NCBI GenBank assembly: GCA_963514005.1
Contig: OY740787.1
Coordinates: forward strand, 34,410,001-34,474,000
Direction: 5' to 3'
Source: Raja brachyura
Lineage: Eukaryota
DNA: 64,000 nucleotides
Part shown: piece by piece, positions 1 through 9,960 of the stretch
Layout: each line of letters opens with the position of its first letter
Position numbering within the stretch: position 1 is the first letter of the stretch
Notes under the pieces: generated by a model
The model's input: only the letters and a program-made list of their open reading frames with translations
Told to the model about the DNA's origin: nothing
The model's database searches: none
Made by a program: the position numbers and the translations under genes

Positions 1-1404
1 ATGCTCATATAGCCACAGAGCATGTAAATAGCTTTGGCCCACATGGTCCACAGAGACCATTAAGCATCCATTTGTACAAATCCTATTTTTTTGAATGCAT
101 CCCACATTCTCATCAACACATCCCCAGAGTCTAACCCTCCTCTTACACACTGGGGGCAACTAACTGGGCCAATTAATCTACAAACTAACATATTTTTTGA
201 ATGTTGGAGGTAACCAGAGCACATAGTAGAAACATGCTATGCCACAGTGTCACTCAAAACATTTGTCCTGAAACATTAATTATTTCCCTTTCCACAGATG
301 CTGCCTGACCTGCTGAATGTTTCCAGCATGTATTGTTTTATTCCAGATTTCTAGAGTTTTTGTTACTTTCAATATGCCAGGCCTCCTGACTTAATTTTCT
401 CTCCAAACCAATCACCATATTTATTCCAGTCTACAGAGTCCTGAAAATCCCTCTTTGGCTCTTGATAAATGCCTGATAGCATGATACATCAGTTCAGCCC
501 CAATAACTCATCACATAAGCCACCTAACTAATCCTACATCCAACCCCAGGCACCCAACACAGTGTTTAACCAAATACTGGAGTAACTCAGCGGGACAGGC
601 AGCATCTCTGGAAAGAAGGGATGGGTGACATTTCAAGTCGAGACCCTACTTGAGAGATGCTGCTAGCATTTAGTGTCCACCTTCGATTTAAACCAGCATC
701 TGCAGTTCTATCCTACTCAGTGTTTCACCATCCAATTTCCTCATCGCACCATCTTCAGTCCCCAATATCTTGTGTTCTACTGTGAAAAATGAAGAATTAT
801 TCACCACTCAAGTTCCAGATGCTCTTGAAAATATATGTCATTGAGCAAATTACAATATATTTGTGGAATTTTAACTTGTTTTGTAGCTTGTGAAAGTAGT
901 TGACTACACTAAGATATTGTATTGCAGATTTCAACAATAAACATATGTCAAAGCTGTCCAAGGTCAACCGCAAAATGTTAATAAAAATAATGGCATTAAT
1001 GTAGTGCCTCATATCCTGTGAAGCAGTTTGAAAACATAGTCAATGGATTATTCTTGATCCATAACCTTACTTGCAACTCACAATTTCCTCCACACATTCA
1101 ATTTCTGTTCTCCGGTTGGACAGGAGCCTTGCTACTGTTGCAGTGGCTAGGTTTCAAGTGGCAGGTCCTGACTCCTCACCCCTGGGTAACTCTGATGATC
1201 TTTTGGTAGCCTGTGCTGTCCAGTGGGTCTTTTCAACTTTTTGTTAATATCTGTGATTGTCACTGATAGTTATATCAATTAAAATATAAATTATCTATAG
1301 AAATATGGACCAAATGCTGGCAAATGGAGCTAGCCCAGAACGCCAACTTGGTCAGCATGGACAAGTTTGGCCCAAGTACCTACTTCCATGCTGTATAATT
1401 TTAG

Positions 1405-1710
1405 AGGTGACACGGTGGTGTAGCAATAGACTAGCTGTCTAACAGCAGCAGAGACACGGTTCAATCCTGACTACGGGTGCTTGTCTGTATGGAGTTAGTA
1501 CCCGTAACCTACGTGGTTTTGCTCCGAGATCTTTGGTTTCCTCCCACACTCCAAAGACGTAGAGGTTTGTAAGTTAGTTGGCTTGGTAGAAATGTAAAAA
1601 TGTCTCTAGTGTGTGTAGGATAGTGTAAGTGTGTGGGGATCACTGGTCGGTGAGGACTCGGTGGGCCGAATGGCCCGTTTCCGCACTGTATCTCTAAACT
1701 AAACTCTAAA
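1405..1710 (+). mobile_element. tRNA-derived SINE (HE1-like)
   Basis: tRNA-like head with A box (ggtggtgtagc) and B box (ggttcaatcc), conserved body (gtttcctcccacactccaaagacgt) and (CTAAA)n tail. Related copies occur throughout the window. Confidence 0.75.
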
Positions 1711-2349
1711 CTAGGACTCTTATTCATTAAAAAATAAAAAATAAATGAAAAACATTTTTTTTTTAATATATTTAACTGATATAAGTTAAAAGTATTTGTG
1801 TTATGTAACATACTGAAACTACTTAATTCGTTTGATATTTCAATCCAGCCATCAAGCTTAAGGCTGGGAGTCAAAATGAGCTCTACCCCTGAACTGAGAC
1901 AAGCGGCAGAGCAGGATATGCCAGCAATTGACCAATGCAGATTCCTGCCTTTTGCATGATACTGTGGAGACGCAGAAGGCAGGAATGTAGTGACCAGTGA
2001 AGGGGACCTTGCCAAACCACTGGCAAAAACGAAGTACATTTCAACTCACAGTAGGTAAAAATGTCAACAAAGGTCTTCAGAAAATGTAGTGAGGCATATG
2101 AACAGCTAATCTGATTTTTTTTTCCTGTTATGAACACCTCATTTTTTTGACTAATGCCATAGGAACATGTGCATTAACCTTCAAAGTTAGTAAGGTTTTC
2201 ATGTTAATGCTAATCTGAAAAGTGACACCCCTTCAGTACTGCACTGAATTACTGTATCTGCTGATATTAAATGCACAAGGCAATAAGGGTTTCAGCCCTT
2301 AATTTAATTTTAGAAAATTCAGAGGTGAAGGTGCTATCACTGACCTTGG

Positions 2350-3421
2350 AAAGTGGTGAAATCATTGGACAAAGTCAGCATGGATTTATGAAAGGTAAAT
2401 TATGTCTGGCGAATCGTATTGAATTTTTCGAGGATGTAACTAGTAGAGTGTATAAGGGAGAACCAGTGGATGTGTTATATCTGGACTTTCAGAAGGCTTT
2501 CGACACGGTCCCACATAAGAGAGTAGTATGCAAACTTAAAGCACATGGTATTGGGGGTTCAGTATTGATGTGGATAGAGAACTGGCTGGCAGACAGGAAG
2601 CAAAGAGTAGGAGTAAACGGGTCCTTTTCAGAATGGCAGGCAGTGACTAGTGGGGTACCGCAAGGCTCTGTGGTGGGACCCCAGCTATTTACAATATATA
2701 TTAATGATCTGGCAAGGGAATTGAATGCAACATCTCCAAATTTGCGGATGACACTAAGCTGGGGGGCAGTGTTAGCTGTAAGGAGGATGCTAGGAGGATG
2801 CAAGGCGACTTGGATAGGTTGAGTGAGTGGGCAAATGCATGGCAGATGCAGTATAATATGGATAAATGTGAGGTTATCCACTTTGGTGGCAAAAACAGGA
2901 AAGTGAATGATGGACGATTAGGAAAAGGGGAGATGCAACGAGACCTGGGTGTTATGGTACACCAGTCATTGAAAGTAGGCATGCAGGTGCAGCAGGCAGT
3001 GAAGAAAGCGAATGGTATGTTAGTATTCATAGCAAAAGGATTTGAGTATAGGAGCAGGGAAGTTCTACTGCAGTTCTACAGGGTCTTTGTGAGACCACAC
3101 CTGGAGTATTGCGTACAGTTTTGGTCTCCTAATCTGAGGAAAGACATTCTTGCCATAGAGGGAGTACGGAGAAGGTACACCAGACTGATTCCTGGGATGG
3201 CAGGACTTTCATATGAAGAAGGACTGGATAGACTCGGCTTATACTCGCTAGAATTTAGAAGATTGAGGGGGGATATCATGGAAACTTACAAAATTCTTAA
3301 GGGGTTAGACAGGCAAAATACAGGAAGATTGTTCCCGATGTTGGGGAAGTCCAGAACAAGGGGTCACAGTTTATGGATAAAGGGGAAGTCTTTTAGGACA
3401 GAGAGTGGTGAATCTGTGGAA
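2350..3421 (+). mobile_element. CR1 LINE, 5'-truncated RT fragment (left part, split by the DIRS)
   Basis: ORFs 2271-2822 and 2798-3442 give QHGF, YLDFQKAFD, SGVPQGSV, FADD (frameshifted) and RPHLEYCVQFWSP, all CR1 ORF2 motifs. Confidence 0.93.
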
Positions 3422-3447
3422 TTTCATTTCGGAGTCACGTGAGTGAC

Positions 3448-3483
3448 TTCGTGAAGAGCCCGCCGGCGCGCATGCTCGACATA
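3448..3483. repeat. DIRS left inverted terminal repeat
   Basis: ttcgtgaagagcccgccggcgcgcatgctcgacata is the exact reverse complement of 8634-8669. Confidence 0.95.
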
Positions 3484-3557
3484 TCGTCGTAACGCGTTGC
3501 TGCGACGGCTGGCGGTGGAGCGCGCTCCTCGCCAGCCCTTCATAAGGGGCCACGGAG

Positions 3558-5357
3558 GTGAGTATTCCACCTTTAGTTGGTGGTCCTTGTTGTCTGATTA
3601 TGTCTTGCAGCAAGGACATGGATGGGAGTTCGAAGGGCCGGAGGACGTCAGGACGAGTTCGCCGGTCAACAGTTCCGGGGCCTTTACCATCGGCAGTACC
3701 TGCAGCGCGGGCCGGGACTCAGGCGGAGATGTGGGTAAGCCCTGTGTTCACAGGTCCAGATCCGCCAGCACACCACAGCTCGGAGGAGTTCGGTGAGGAG
3801 GAGTGTGGTGTGCCGCCAGAGCAGGGGGACCCTGCCATGGCAGTCAGGTTGTCAGCGGGCTCGCTGGCGACCTCGAGCAGGGCGCGTGCCGTTGCACGGC
3901 CTGTTCCACTCAGCCCTCCGAGAAGGGGGAGGGGAGGAGCCCAGAAGCCTAACCCTGTTAGGGCTAAGGCATTGCCTGTCGCGGAGGAGCGGTCAGGTTC
4001 CAGGGCGAGACCCGGGGCGGCTGTGAGGTCCAGCCGGCACACCCCGACTCTCGACGCCGGGACGGGTCGGTTGAGTCGGGTCTCGTCGCGGTCGCCGAGC
4101 CCCCCATGGATGGGTGGGCGGCACCATGCGTCGGCAACGTCCACGATGTGGGCAGCCGGCAAGCCTGCGCGGGCCCCAGGCAGCCATGCTTCGGCTGGTG
4201 CCGACACCTCGCCGCATGTGCCCTTAGTGGCAGCGGCTTCAGCTCTCGCTAAACGGAGGCGATTGAACACGCCCGCGCAGGAATCGCGCAGTTTCGCCTC
4301 GGCGGCTGTTAGCGACAACTACCGGCACCGGCAGGGCCTCGACGAGGTGCGGGCCGATGACAGGAGCCCGGTTTTCTTTTCAGAGCCGGAGGACTCCGAC
4401 CACCTGAGTGTTCAGGGTGAAGGGCGTATTGACCGTATGGAGCGGCTGCTGGAGCTCCTGCTTCAACGTCAACAACAGCAGGGCAGCAACAGGCACAGGG
4501 CGTCTTCACCAACATCTACTATCAGCCTGGAGCAGCACGAGGAGGAGGTTCTGGTGGATCCCGTACCACCTCCGGTGGAGGTGCCAGCGGAGGAACTTTT
4601 GGATGTGGCGACCAAATTCGCGGCCCCACATACGGCTGGTCTTCCTCTCAATTCAAAGCTGGCAGCCACAGTGGACTTTCTTAATAATCAGGTGCTGCAG
4701 GAAGAAGTCCTCATCCAGGCTATGAGCCGTCACAAGGCTCCATCAAACTGCAACTCCCTCAACGTGCCTGTGGTCAATACGCCAATATGGGGCAACATCA
4801 GTGCGGCTATCCGTCAACAAGAGCTACAATTGCAGCGGATCCTGAAACTCCTCACGGCCGGTATTACCGCCTTTGCGCGGTCGGTGGACGAGGACGAGCT
4901 GAATTTGGACCAGGAAGATGCTCTGGCCTTATTGTGCGCGACCCAGCACGAAATCAACGGGTTTCGCAAAAACAGCATCCGCCCAGCACTCAACCCGAAG
5001 TTTGCAGGATTGTGCAAACCACCGCCGCCGCCGCCGCCCCGTCAGCTCTTTGGTGAGGACCTCTCGAAGAGAGTCAAAGAGCTTGACGAACAAGCCAAAA
5101 CGGTGGGGATCATGCGCTCTAAGAGTGCCCCCACACCGTCCGGCTCAAAAGCTCCATACATTCGCTCACGAGGGTCGGCCAGTGCCTCGACGAGGACTCA
5201 CCCTCTAGCTCCACAACGACAACAACACCAGAACCAGCACCAAGGGTCTTTTTTAGGACAGGGTCGGCAGAGACCTTTTTGGAAATCGAAGACGCCGCGC
5301 CCTCAAGCCAACCCAGCACCTCCACGGCCACCCACACGTGTCAAGGACCGCCGGTAA
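3558..5357 (+). CDS. gag: DIRS ORF1, gag-like protein
   Basis: 599-codon open frame in the first ORF position, with a Ser/Arg/Pro-rich N-terminus and a conserved-looking C-terminal part (PSNC..L.VP.VN..IW, LFGEDL). First ATG is at 3600 and an in-frame ACG lies at 3552. Confidence 0.85.
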   Translation: MSIPPLVGGPCCLIMSCSKDMDGSSKGRRTSGRVRRSTVPGPLPSAVPAARAGTQAEMWVSPVFTGPDPPAHHSSEEFGEEECGVPPEQGDPAMAVRLSAGSLATSSRARAVARPVPLSPPRRGRGGAQKPNPVRAKALPVAEERSGSRARPGAAVRSSRHTPTLDAGTGRLSRVSSRSPSPPWMGGRHHASATSTMWAAGKPARAPGSHASAGADTSPHVPLVAAASALAKRRRLNTPAQESRSFASAAVSDNYRHRQGLDEVRADDRSPVFFSEPEDSDHLSVQGEGRIDRMERLLELLLQRQQQQGSNRHRASSPTSTISLEQHEEEVLVDPVPPPVEVPAEELLDVATKFAAPHTAGLPLNSKLAATVDFLNNQVLQEEVLIQAMSRHKAPSNCNSLNVPVVNTPIWGNISAAIRQQELQLQRILKLLTAGITAFARSVDEDELNLDQEDALALLCATQHEINGFRKNSIRPALNPKFAGLCKPPPPPPPRQLFGEDLSKRVKELDEQAKTVGIMRSKSAPTPSGSKAPYIRSRGSASASTRTHPLAPQRQQHQNQHQGSFLGQGRQRPFWKSKTPRPQANPAPPRPPTRVKDRR

Positions 5358-7288
5358 CCACGGAGGTGAGGGGGTCTGGTTCTCTCTTTTCTCTCTGTTT
5401 AACTTCCCATGTTGGTGGTCGTTTACGGTTGTTTTTGGATGCATGGGGTAATTTTACTGGTGATGAGTATGTGTTGCGGAATATTCAGGGGCATAAAATT
5501 GAGTTTATTAATGGCGACATTCCTCCATCCCAGCACATGCCTGGTCGTACATTCAAATTGTCTGCTGCAGAACAGGCAGCAGGTTACAAGGAAATTTTAA
5601 GTTTGGAACAGAAGGGTGTGATTGAGAAAACAGTACATGAGCCAATTGAATTTGTTTCGAACATATTTACTAGACCTAAGAAGGATGGAGGCTGTCGTGT
5701 CATTATTGATCTAACCCGTTTGAATACGTTTGTAACATATACTCATTTTAAAATGGATACGTTTGAAACAGCCAAATCATTGATTTCTCATGGCTGCTTT
5801 ATGGCATGCATTGATTTGAGGGATGCATATTATTCAGTATCCATCCAGAAAGATGATAGAAGGTTTTTGAAATTTATCTGGATGGGGCAACTTTGGCAGT
5901 ATAAGGCTTTGCCTAATGGGCTTACTACAGCCCCTAGATTGTTCACTAAATTGGTGAAGCCAATCATGGCTTATTTGAGACAACGACATCATATAGTTAT
6001 GGCCTATTTAGATGATGTCTTTATTGTGGGCCACACCCTGCAATTGGCTGAACAGGGTGTTGCAGCTGCTGTCAATATATTTCAACAATTAGGATTCATT
6101 GTCCATCCAGAGAAATCAAAGTTCTGCCCTGCCCAGGTAATTAATTACCTAGGGTTCACGGTGAACTCAATGAGCATGAGGATAACTATACCAATTAACA
6201 AAATTGAGGAAGTCACTAAGGTGTGCAGAGATTTAATTGGCACCAATATACCATCGATTCGGCATACAGCCACAGTAATTGGCAAGTTAGTGGCTTTGTT
6301 TCCGGCAGCACGATATGGACCTTTGCATTATCAGAATTTGCAAAGAGCTAAAATTACTGCGTTAAAATGGAACGCTGGTCATTACGATCGATCTATGCAG
6401 CTGCCGTCCGAAGCGATAACTGAGTTGCAATGGTGGGTGTGTCACATTAGCAACTCATTTAAGCCTGTCAGGGAGGCTAATCCGGTGGTATATTTACAGA
6501 CTGATGCAAGCTCCAATGGCTGGGGAGCTACTGATAATTGCTCTAGTTGTGGGGGTAGATGGGACACCCTTGAGGCATCGATGTTGTTGACTCAAGGGAT
6601 TAACTATTTGGAGTTGCTGGCAGCATTCCACGGACTTCGTGCATATTGTTCCAAGCTTGTTGGAGCACACGTCCGTCTCCAAATAGACAACACCACAGCT
6701 GTGGCATATTTAAACCATATGGGTGGTACCAGGTCAGTTTCGTGTGACAAATTGGCTAACTCAATTTGGCTCTGGTGTATTCAAAGAGACATTTGGATTT
6801 CAGCTACCTATTTGCCAGGTGAGCTTAATACTGTGGCGGACACCAGGTCACGCAAATTTAATGACAACATTGAATGGATGTTGCATCCTGAGATTTTTGC
6901 TAAAGTCACAGCCAAATTTGGTAAACCTGACATTGACCTTTTTGCGTCACGGTTGAACCATCAGGTACCAGCCTACGTTTCATGGGAACCAGATCCTGGG
7001 GCAATAGCGCTAGATGCATTCTCGCTGGACTGGGGGAATTGGGTTTTCTATGCCTTCCCTCCGTTTTGCCTCATCAGTCGGGTATTGCGAAAGATTCAGG
7101 CAGATGCTGCCAAGGGCATCCTTATTATACCCGACTGGCCCACACAGCCTTGGTATCCGGTGGTCTTTGACATGCTCAACGAACCTTGGGTCCTTTTGAA
7201 GGGTTGCCCACAATTGGTTACTCACCCTGTGTCAGGGGAGCCACATCCCTGCCATGGCTATTTAAATTTGTTGGCTTGCAGGTTCTGA
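5279..7288 (+). CDS. pol: DIRS ORF2: reverse transcriptase, RNase H and DAM-like methyltransferase domain
   Basis: VGGRL..F...W; RT motifs CIDLRDAYY, LPNGLTTAP and YLDD (6005); RNase H TDAS..GWGA, INYLELLA, DNTTAVAY, N.VAD..SR; C-terminal DIDLFAS and YAFPPF MTase-like motifs. The true start is uncertain (ACG 5360, first ATG 5537). Confidence 0.95.
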   Translation: MEIEDAAPSSQPSTSTATHTCQGPPVTTEVRGSGSLFSLCLTSHVGGRLRLFLDAWGNFTGDEYVLRNIQGHKIEFINGDIPPSQHMPGRTFKLSAAEQAAGYKEILSLEQKGVIEKTVHEPIEFVSNIFTRPKKDGGCRVIIDLTRLNTFVTYTHFKMDTFETAKSLISHGCFMACIDLRDAYYSVSIQKDDRRFLKFIWMGQLWQYKALPNGLTTAPRLFTKLVKPIMAYLRQRHHIVMAYLDDVFIVGHTLQLAEQGVAAAVNIFQQLGFIVHPEKSKFCPAQVINYLGFTVNSMSMRITIPINKIEEVTKVCRDLIGTNIPSIRHTATVIGKLVALFPAARYGPLHYQNLQRAKITALKWNAGHYDRSMQLPSEAITELQWWVCHISNSFKPVREANPVVYLQTDASSNGWGATDNCSSCGGRWDTLEASMLLTQGINYLELLAAFHGLRAYCSKLVGAHVRLQIDNTTAVAYLNHMGGTRSVSCDKLANSIWLWCIQRDIWISATYLPGELNTVADTRSRKFNDNIEWMLHPEIFAKVTAKFGKPDIDLFASRLNHQVPAYVSWEPDPGAIALDAFSLDWGNWVFYAFPPFCLISRVLRKIQADAAKGILIIPDWPTQPWYPVVFDMLNEPWVLLKGCPQLVTHPVSGEPHPCHGYLNLLACRF

Positions 7289-8265
7289 ACAGGCCGTTAG
7301 TCCAATACGGCCTCTCGGCTCGGACCATGGATACCATCGGGGCGTCGTGTCGAGAGTCCACAAGGCGAAGATACCCCTCGCATATTAAGAAGTGGGAAGC
7401 CTACTGCAGCCGCTCTCGCATCACGTACGATGACGTGACAATAACCGACGTCCTGGAATTCCTCGCGGGGTTGCACCATGATGAACACTTAAGTTACAGT
7501 GCCATCAACAGCGCCAGAAGTGCGCTATCATTCTACCTCAAGATTGGGGTAGGATCCAACAGGCTAGTGTCCAGACTCATGCGGGGTATATTCAATATGA
7601 ATCCGCCTACACCACGCTATAATATCACCTGGGATGTCAGGGACGTATTAACCCTGCTCAGGACGTGGTCTCCCATGGAAGGGCTCCAACTGGACCAACT
7701 CACCATGAAACTGGTGATGTTACTAGCGCTGACTTCAGCTCAGAGGGTACAGACACTACACAAACTGCGTGTCGACAGAATGACATCTACCCCTACAGAA
7801 GTAGTCTTTTTCGTTGACGAGCTACTAAAGCAGCATAGACCTGGGTGCACAGGGCTGCAGCTGAAGTTCCCGGCATACCCCGCAGATGCTAGGCTATGTT
7901 TAGCCTCACATATCCGCCACTATGTCAAGGTGACGGCACGCATCAGAGGAATGGAGAGATACCTGCTTGTCACTCATAAGAGACCTCATCATCGAGTGAC
8001 AGTCCAGACGATATCCAGGTGGCTTCGAGTCGTCTTGGGTAAGTCAGGTATCGACACTAATGTGTTCAAGTCTCATTCCACCAGGGCTGCATCGACGTCA
8101 GCGGCGAGGGTCATGGAGGTGCCCATGGACCAAATTCTCGCCACAGCAGGATGGGCGAATGAAGCTGTGTTCCAGCGTTTTTATAACAAGCCTGTTGCTG
8201 CTCCTCTACAGTTCGCAGAAGCCGTGCTGAATGCAGGTCAAGAACGTGGAGATGTCCCCGCATGA
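7186..8265 (+). CDS. DIRS ORF3: tyrosine recombinase
   Basis: Catalytic residues in SAQR, HSTR, AGW and FQRFY; N-terminal YSAINSARSALS and PRY..TWDV..VL are typical of DIRS YRs. Overlaps the ORF2 end. Kozak ATG at 7327. Confidence 0.95.
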   Translation: MGPFEGLPTIGYSPCVRGATSLPWLFKFVGLQVLNRPLVQYGLSARTMDTIGASCRESTRRRYPSHIKKWEAYCSRSRITYDDVTITDVLEFLAGLHHDEHLSYSAINSARSALSFYLKIGVGSNRLVSRLMRGIFNMNPPTPRYNITWDVRDVLTLLRTWSPMEGLQLDQLTMKLVMLLALTSAQRVQTLHKLRVDRMTSTPTEVVFFVDELLKQHRPGCTGLQLKFPAYPADARLCLASHIRHYVKVTARIRGMERYLLVTHKRPHHRVTVQTISRWLRVVLGKSGIDTNVFKSHSTRAASTSAARVMEVPMDQILATAGWANEAVFQRFYNKPVAAPLQFAEAVLNAGQERGDVPA

Positions 8266-8407
8266 GGGGTTTTTGATTTGTTATTAATAAATATGCTTTT
8301 GTTTTGCAGTATGAGCTATTGAGCCAGTTTGTTCCTCCCATCCATCCCTGGTAGTGGTGTGTCAGCATGGACGTGGTCCAGGGCGTGTAATCACAGAAGC
8401 TTTGAAG

Positions 8408-8520
8408 TCTTCACGAAGTCACTCACGTGACTCCGAAATGAAATAGTAAGATTGAACGAGAACTTACCAGTTCGAAGGTTGATCTTTATTTCATGAGGAG
8501 TCGAAGTGAGGGATTTCGTG
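8408..8520. repeat. DIRS internal complementary region (ICR)
   Basis: 8408-8443 is the reverse complement of 3422-3457, and 8444-8520 is the reverse complement of 8664-8740. No mismatches seen. Confidence 0.95.
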
Positions 8521-8633
8521 CCCTCCTCGCCCAACCCTCAATCACCTTCATCTGGTAATCTTAGTCAATTCAATCATACTATGCAAAGTCATTTCTATTG
8601 TTGGTTCTGTGATTCCACGCCGCTACTTTGAAG

Positions 8634-8740
8634 TATGTCGAGCATGCGCGCCGGCGGGCTCTTCACGAAATCCCTCACTTCGACTCCTCATGAAATAAAG
8701 ATCAACCTTCGAACTGGTAAGTTCTCGTTCAATCTTACTA
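8634..8740. repeat. DIRS right ITR plus right extension
   Basis: Complementary to the left ITR and to the right half of the ICR. Confidence 0.95.
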
Positions 8741-8957
8741 TTCTCTGCCACAGAAGGTAGTTGAGGCCAGTCCATTGGCTATATTTAAGAGAGAATTAGA
8801 TGTAGCCCTTGTGGCTAATGGGATCAGGGGGTATGGAGAGAAGGCAGGTACAGGATACTGAGTTGAATGATCAGCTATGATCATCTTGAATGGCGGTGCA
8901 GGCTCGAAGGGCCGAATGGCCTACTCCTGCACCTATATTATATGTTTCTATGTTTCT
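8741..8957 (+). mobile_element. CR1 LINE 3' end (right part)
   Basis: Continues the CR1 reading (NSLPQKVVEA), then the 3' UTR and a tatgtttc tail. Confidence 0.92.
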
Positions 8958-9589
8958 AAATTTGACATTGGTTTGTAGATATTGAAAGTAATTTCATATT
9001 TTCAGTTATTCTTCGGGTTCTAAATATTTTGTCCCTTTTTTGGTTCCATTTTATTCACTGTATTATAATAAAATGTATTTTTTATTTCCTAAATAACAAG
9101 TCTTGCATGATTTTTGAATGATACAAATTGTATCAATGGTAAATCAGTTGATGTAAGACAAAGCAAATGTTAACACACTTCTCAGTTATTCTATGGCTAT
9201 AAATTTGTGAACTGCTATGCATCTGTCAATAAAGTTAATGGTCAGTGTCAAAATTGAAATTCAAATAAAAAGGTTCTCATAACTTATAACTTGTGAGTCC
9301 AATTGTTTTGGAAGATATAGTTGGCATGTGGTGGTTAAAGTGGCGACAATACCAAAGCCTTTGACAGGAGTCCTGAGCCATTAATAAACCTCTTATAATA
9401 CCAAAGAAAATGTATCTACACTTCATGCTATTTATTGGTGGTTTGCCCATGGAAATGGAGGGAAATCAGGTATAACTCATTTCATTTATGCCCTGCCTCC
9501 GACTCTTAAAAGAGGTTGATACTTTTTATACTTTAAAAAATCCTTTCTGAGAAAAGATTAAAGGGATTTCTTACATATAACAGGCTTCC

Positions 9590-9960
9590 GGGCCACAGTT
9601 CGTCCCTCTCCTTTTGTAGTCAATTATGCACTTTTTGAAGTGTAGCCAAGGGTGACATCCAATTTGCACACAGCAAGCTCTTACAGACGATCATGTGTTA
9701 TTGACCAGATGATCTTGCTTCATTTTGTTGGATGAGGCATAAGCATTGGCCAAGGCGCAGAGAAAAACTCTTTGCAGTTAATCTTAGATCATTTATTTCA
9801 CGTGTGTGAGCAGACTTAGCCTCAGTTTATCTTCTTATCTGAATGATAACACCTCCAGATGCGCAGCAATCTGCAAAACTCAAATAAAATGTACCTCTAG
9901 ATTTCTGCTCCGAAGTAATACCTACCAAAAATCTTCCACATAAAAGGGAAATGCCACCAG
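9590..9960 (-). mobile_element. Ancient degenerate SINE, DeuSINE/SacSINE-like (tentative)
   Basis: Resembles, from memory, the Deu-domain consensus (ttggcca..., gcagac...gcctcagttta...atctgaa.ga...cacctcc). A similar segment lies at ~26930-27320. Confidence 0.4.

Larger units (their letters stand above)
3422..8740 (+). mobile_element. Full-length DIRS1-type tyrosine recombinase retrotransposon
   Basis: Three open ORFs (gag-like, RT/RH/MTase, YR). ITRs at 3448-3483 and 8634-8669. The internal complementary region 8408-8520 exactly complements both termini. Removing the element restores the CR1 sequence gtggaATTctctgcc. Confidence 0.97.

Noticed and set aside
1405-1480. Possible tRNA gene
   Set aside because: Degenerate tRNA-like head of a multi-copy SINE; no clean cloverleaf.
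1509-2137. Minus-strand ORFs / possible host exon
   Set aside because: The longer ORF runs into SINE and AT-rich sequence; no recognisable protein or consistent splice sites.
3719-4318. 199-aa antisense ORF in DIRS gag
   Set aside because: Expected shadow ORF of a GC-rich coding region; no recognisable motif.
7186-8265. Prophage integrase / bacterial contamination
   Set aside because: The YR lies within a DIRS structure embedded in vertebrate CR1 sequence.
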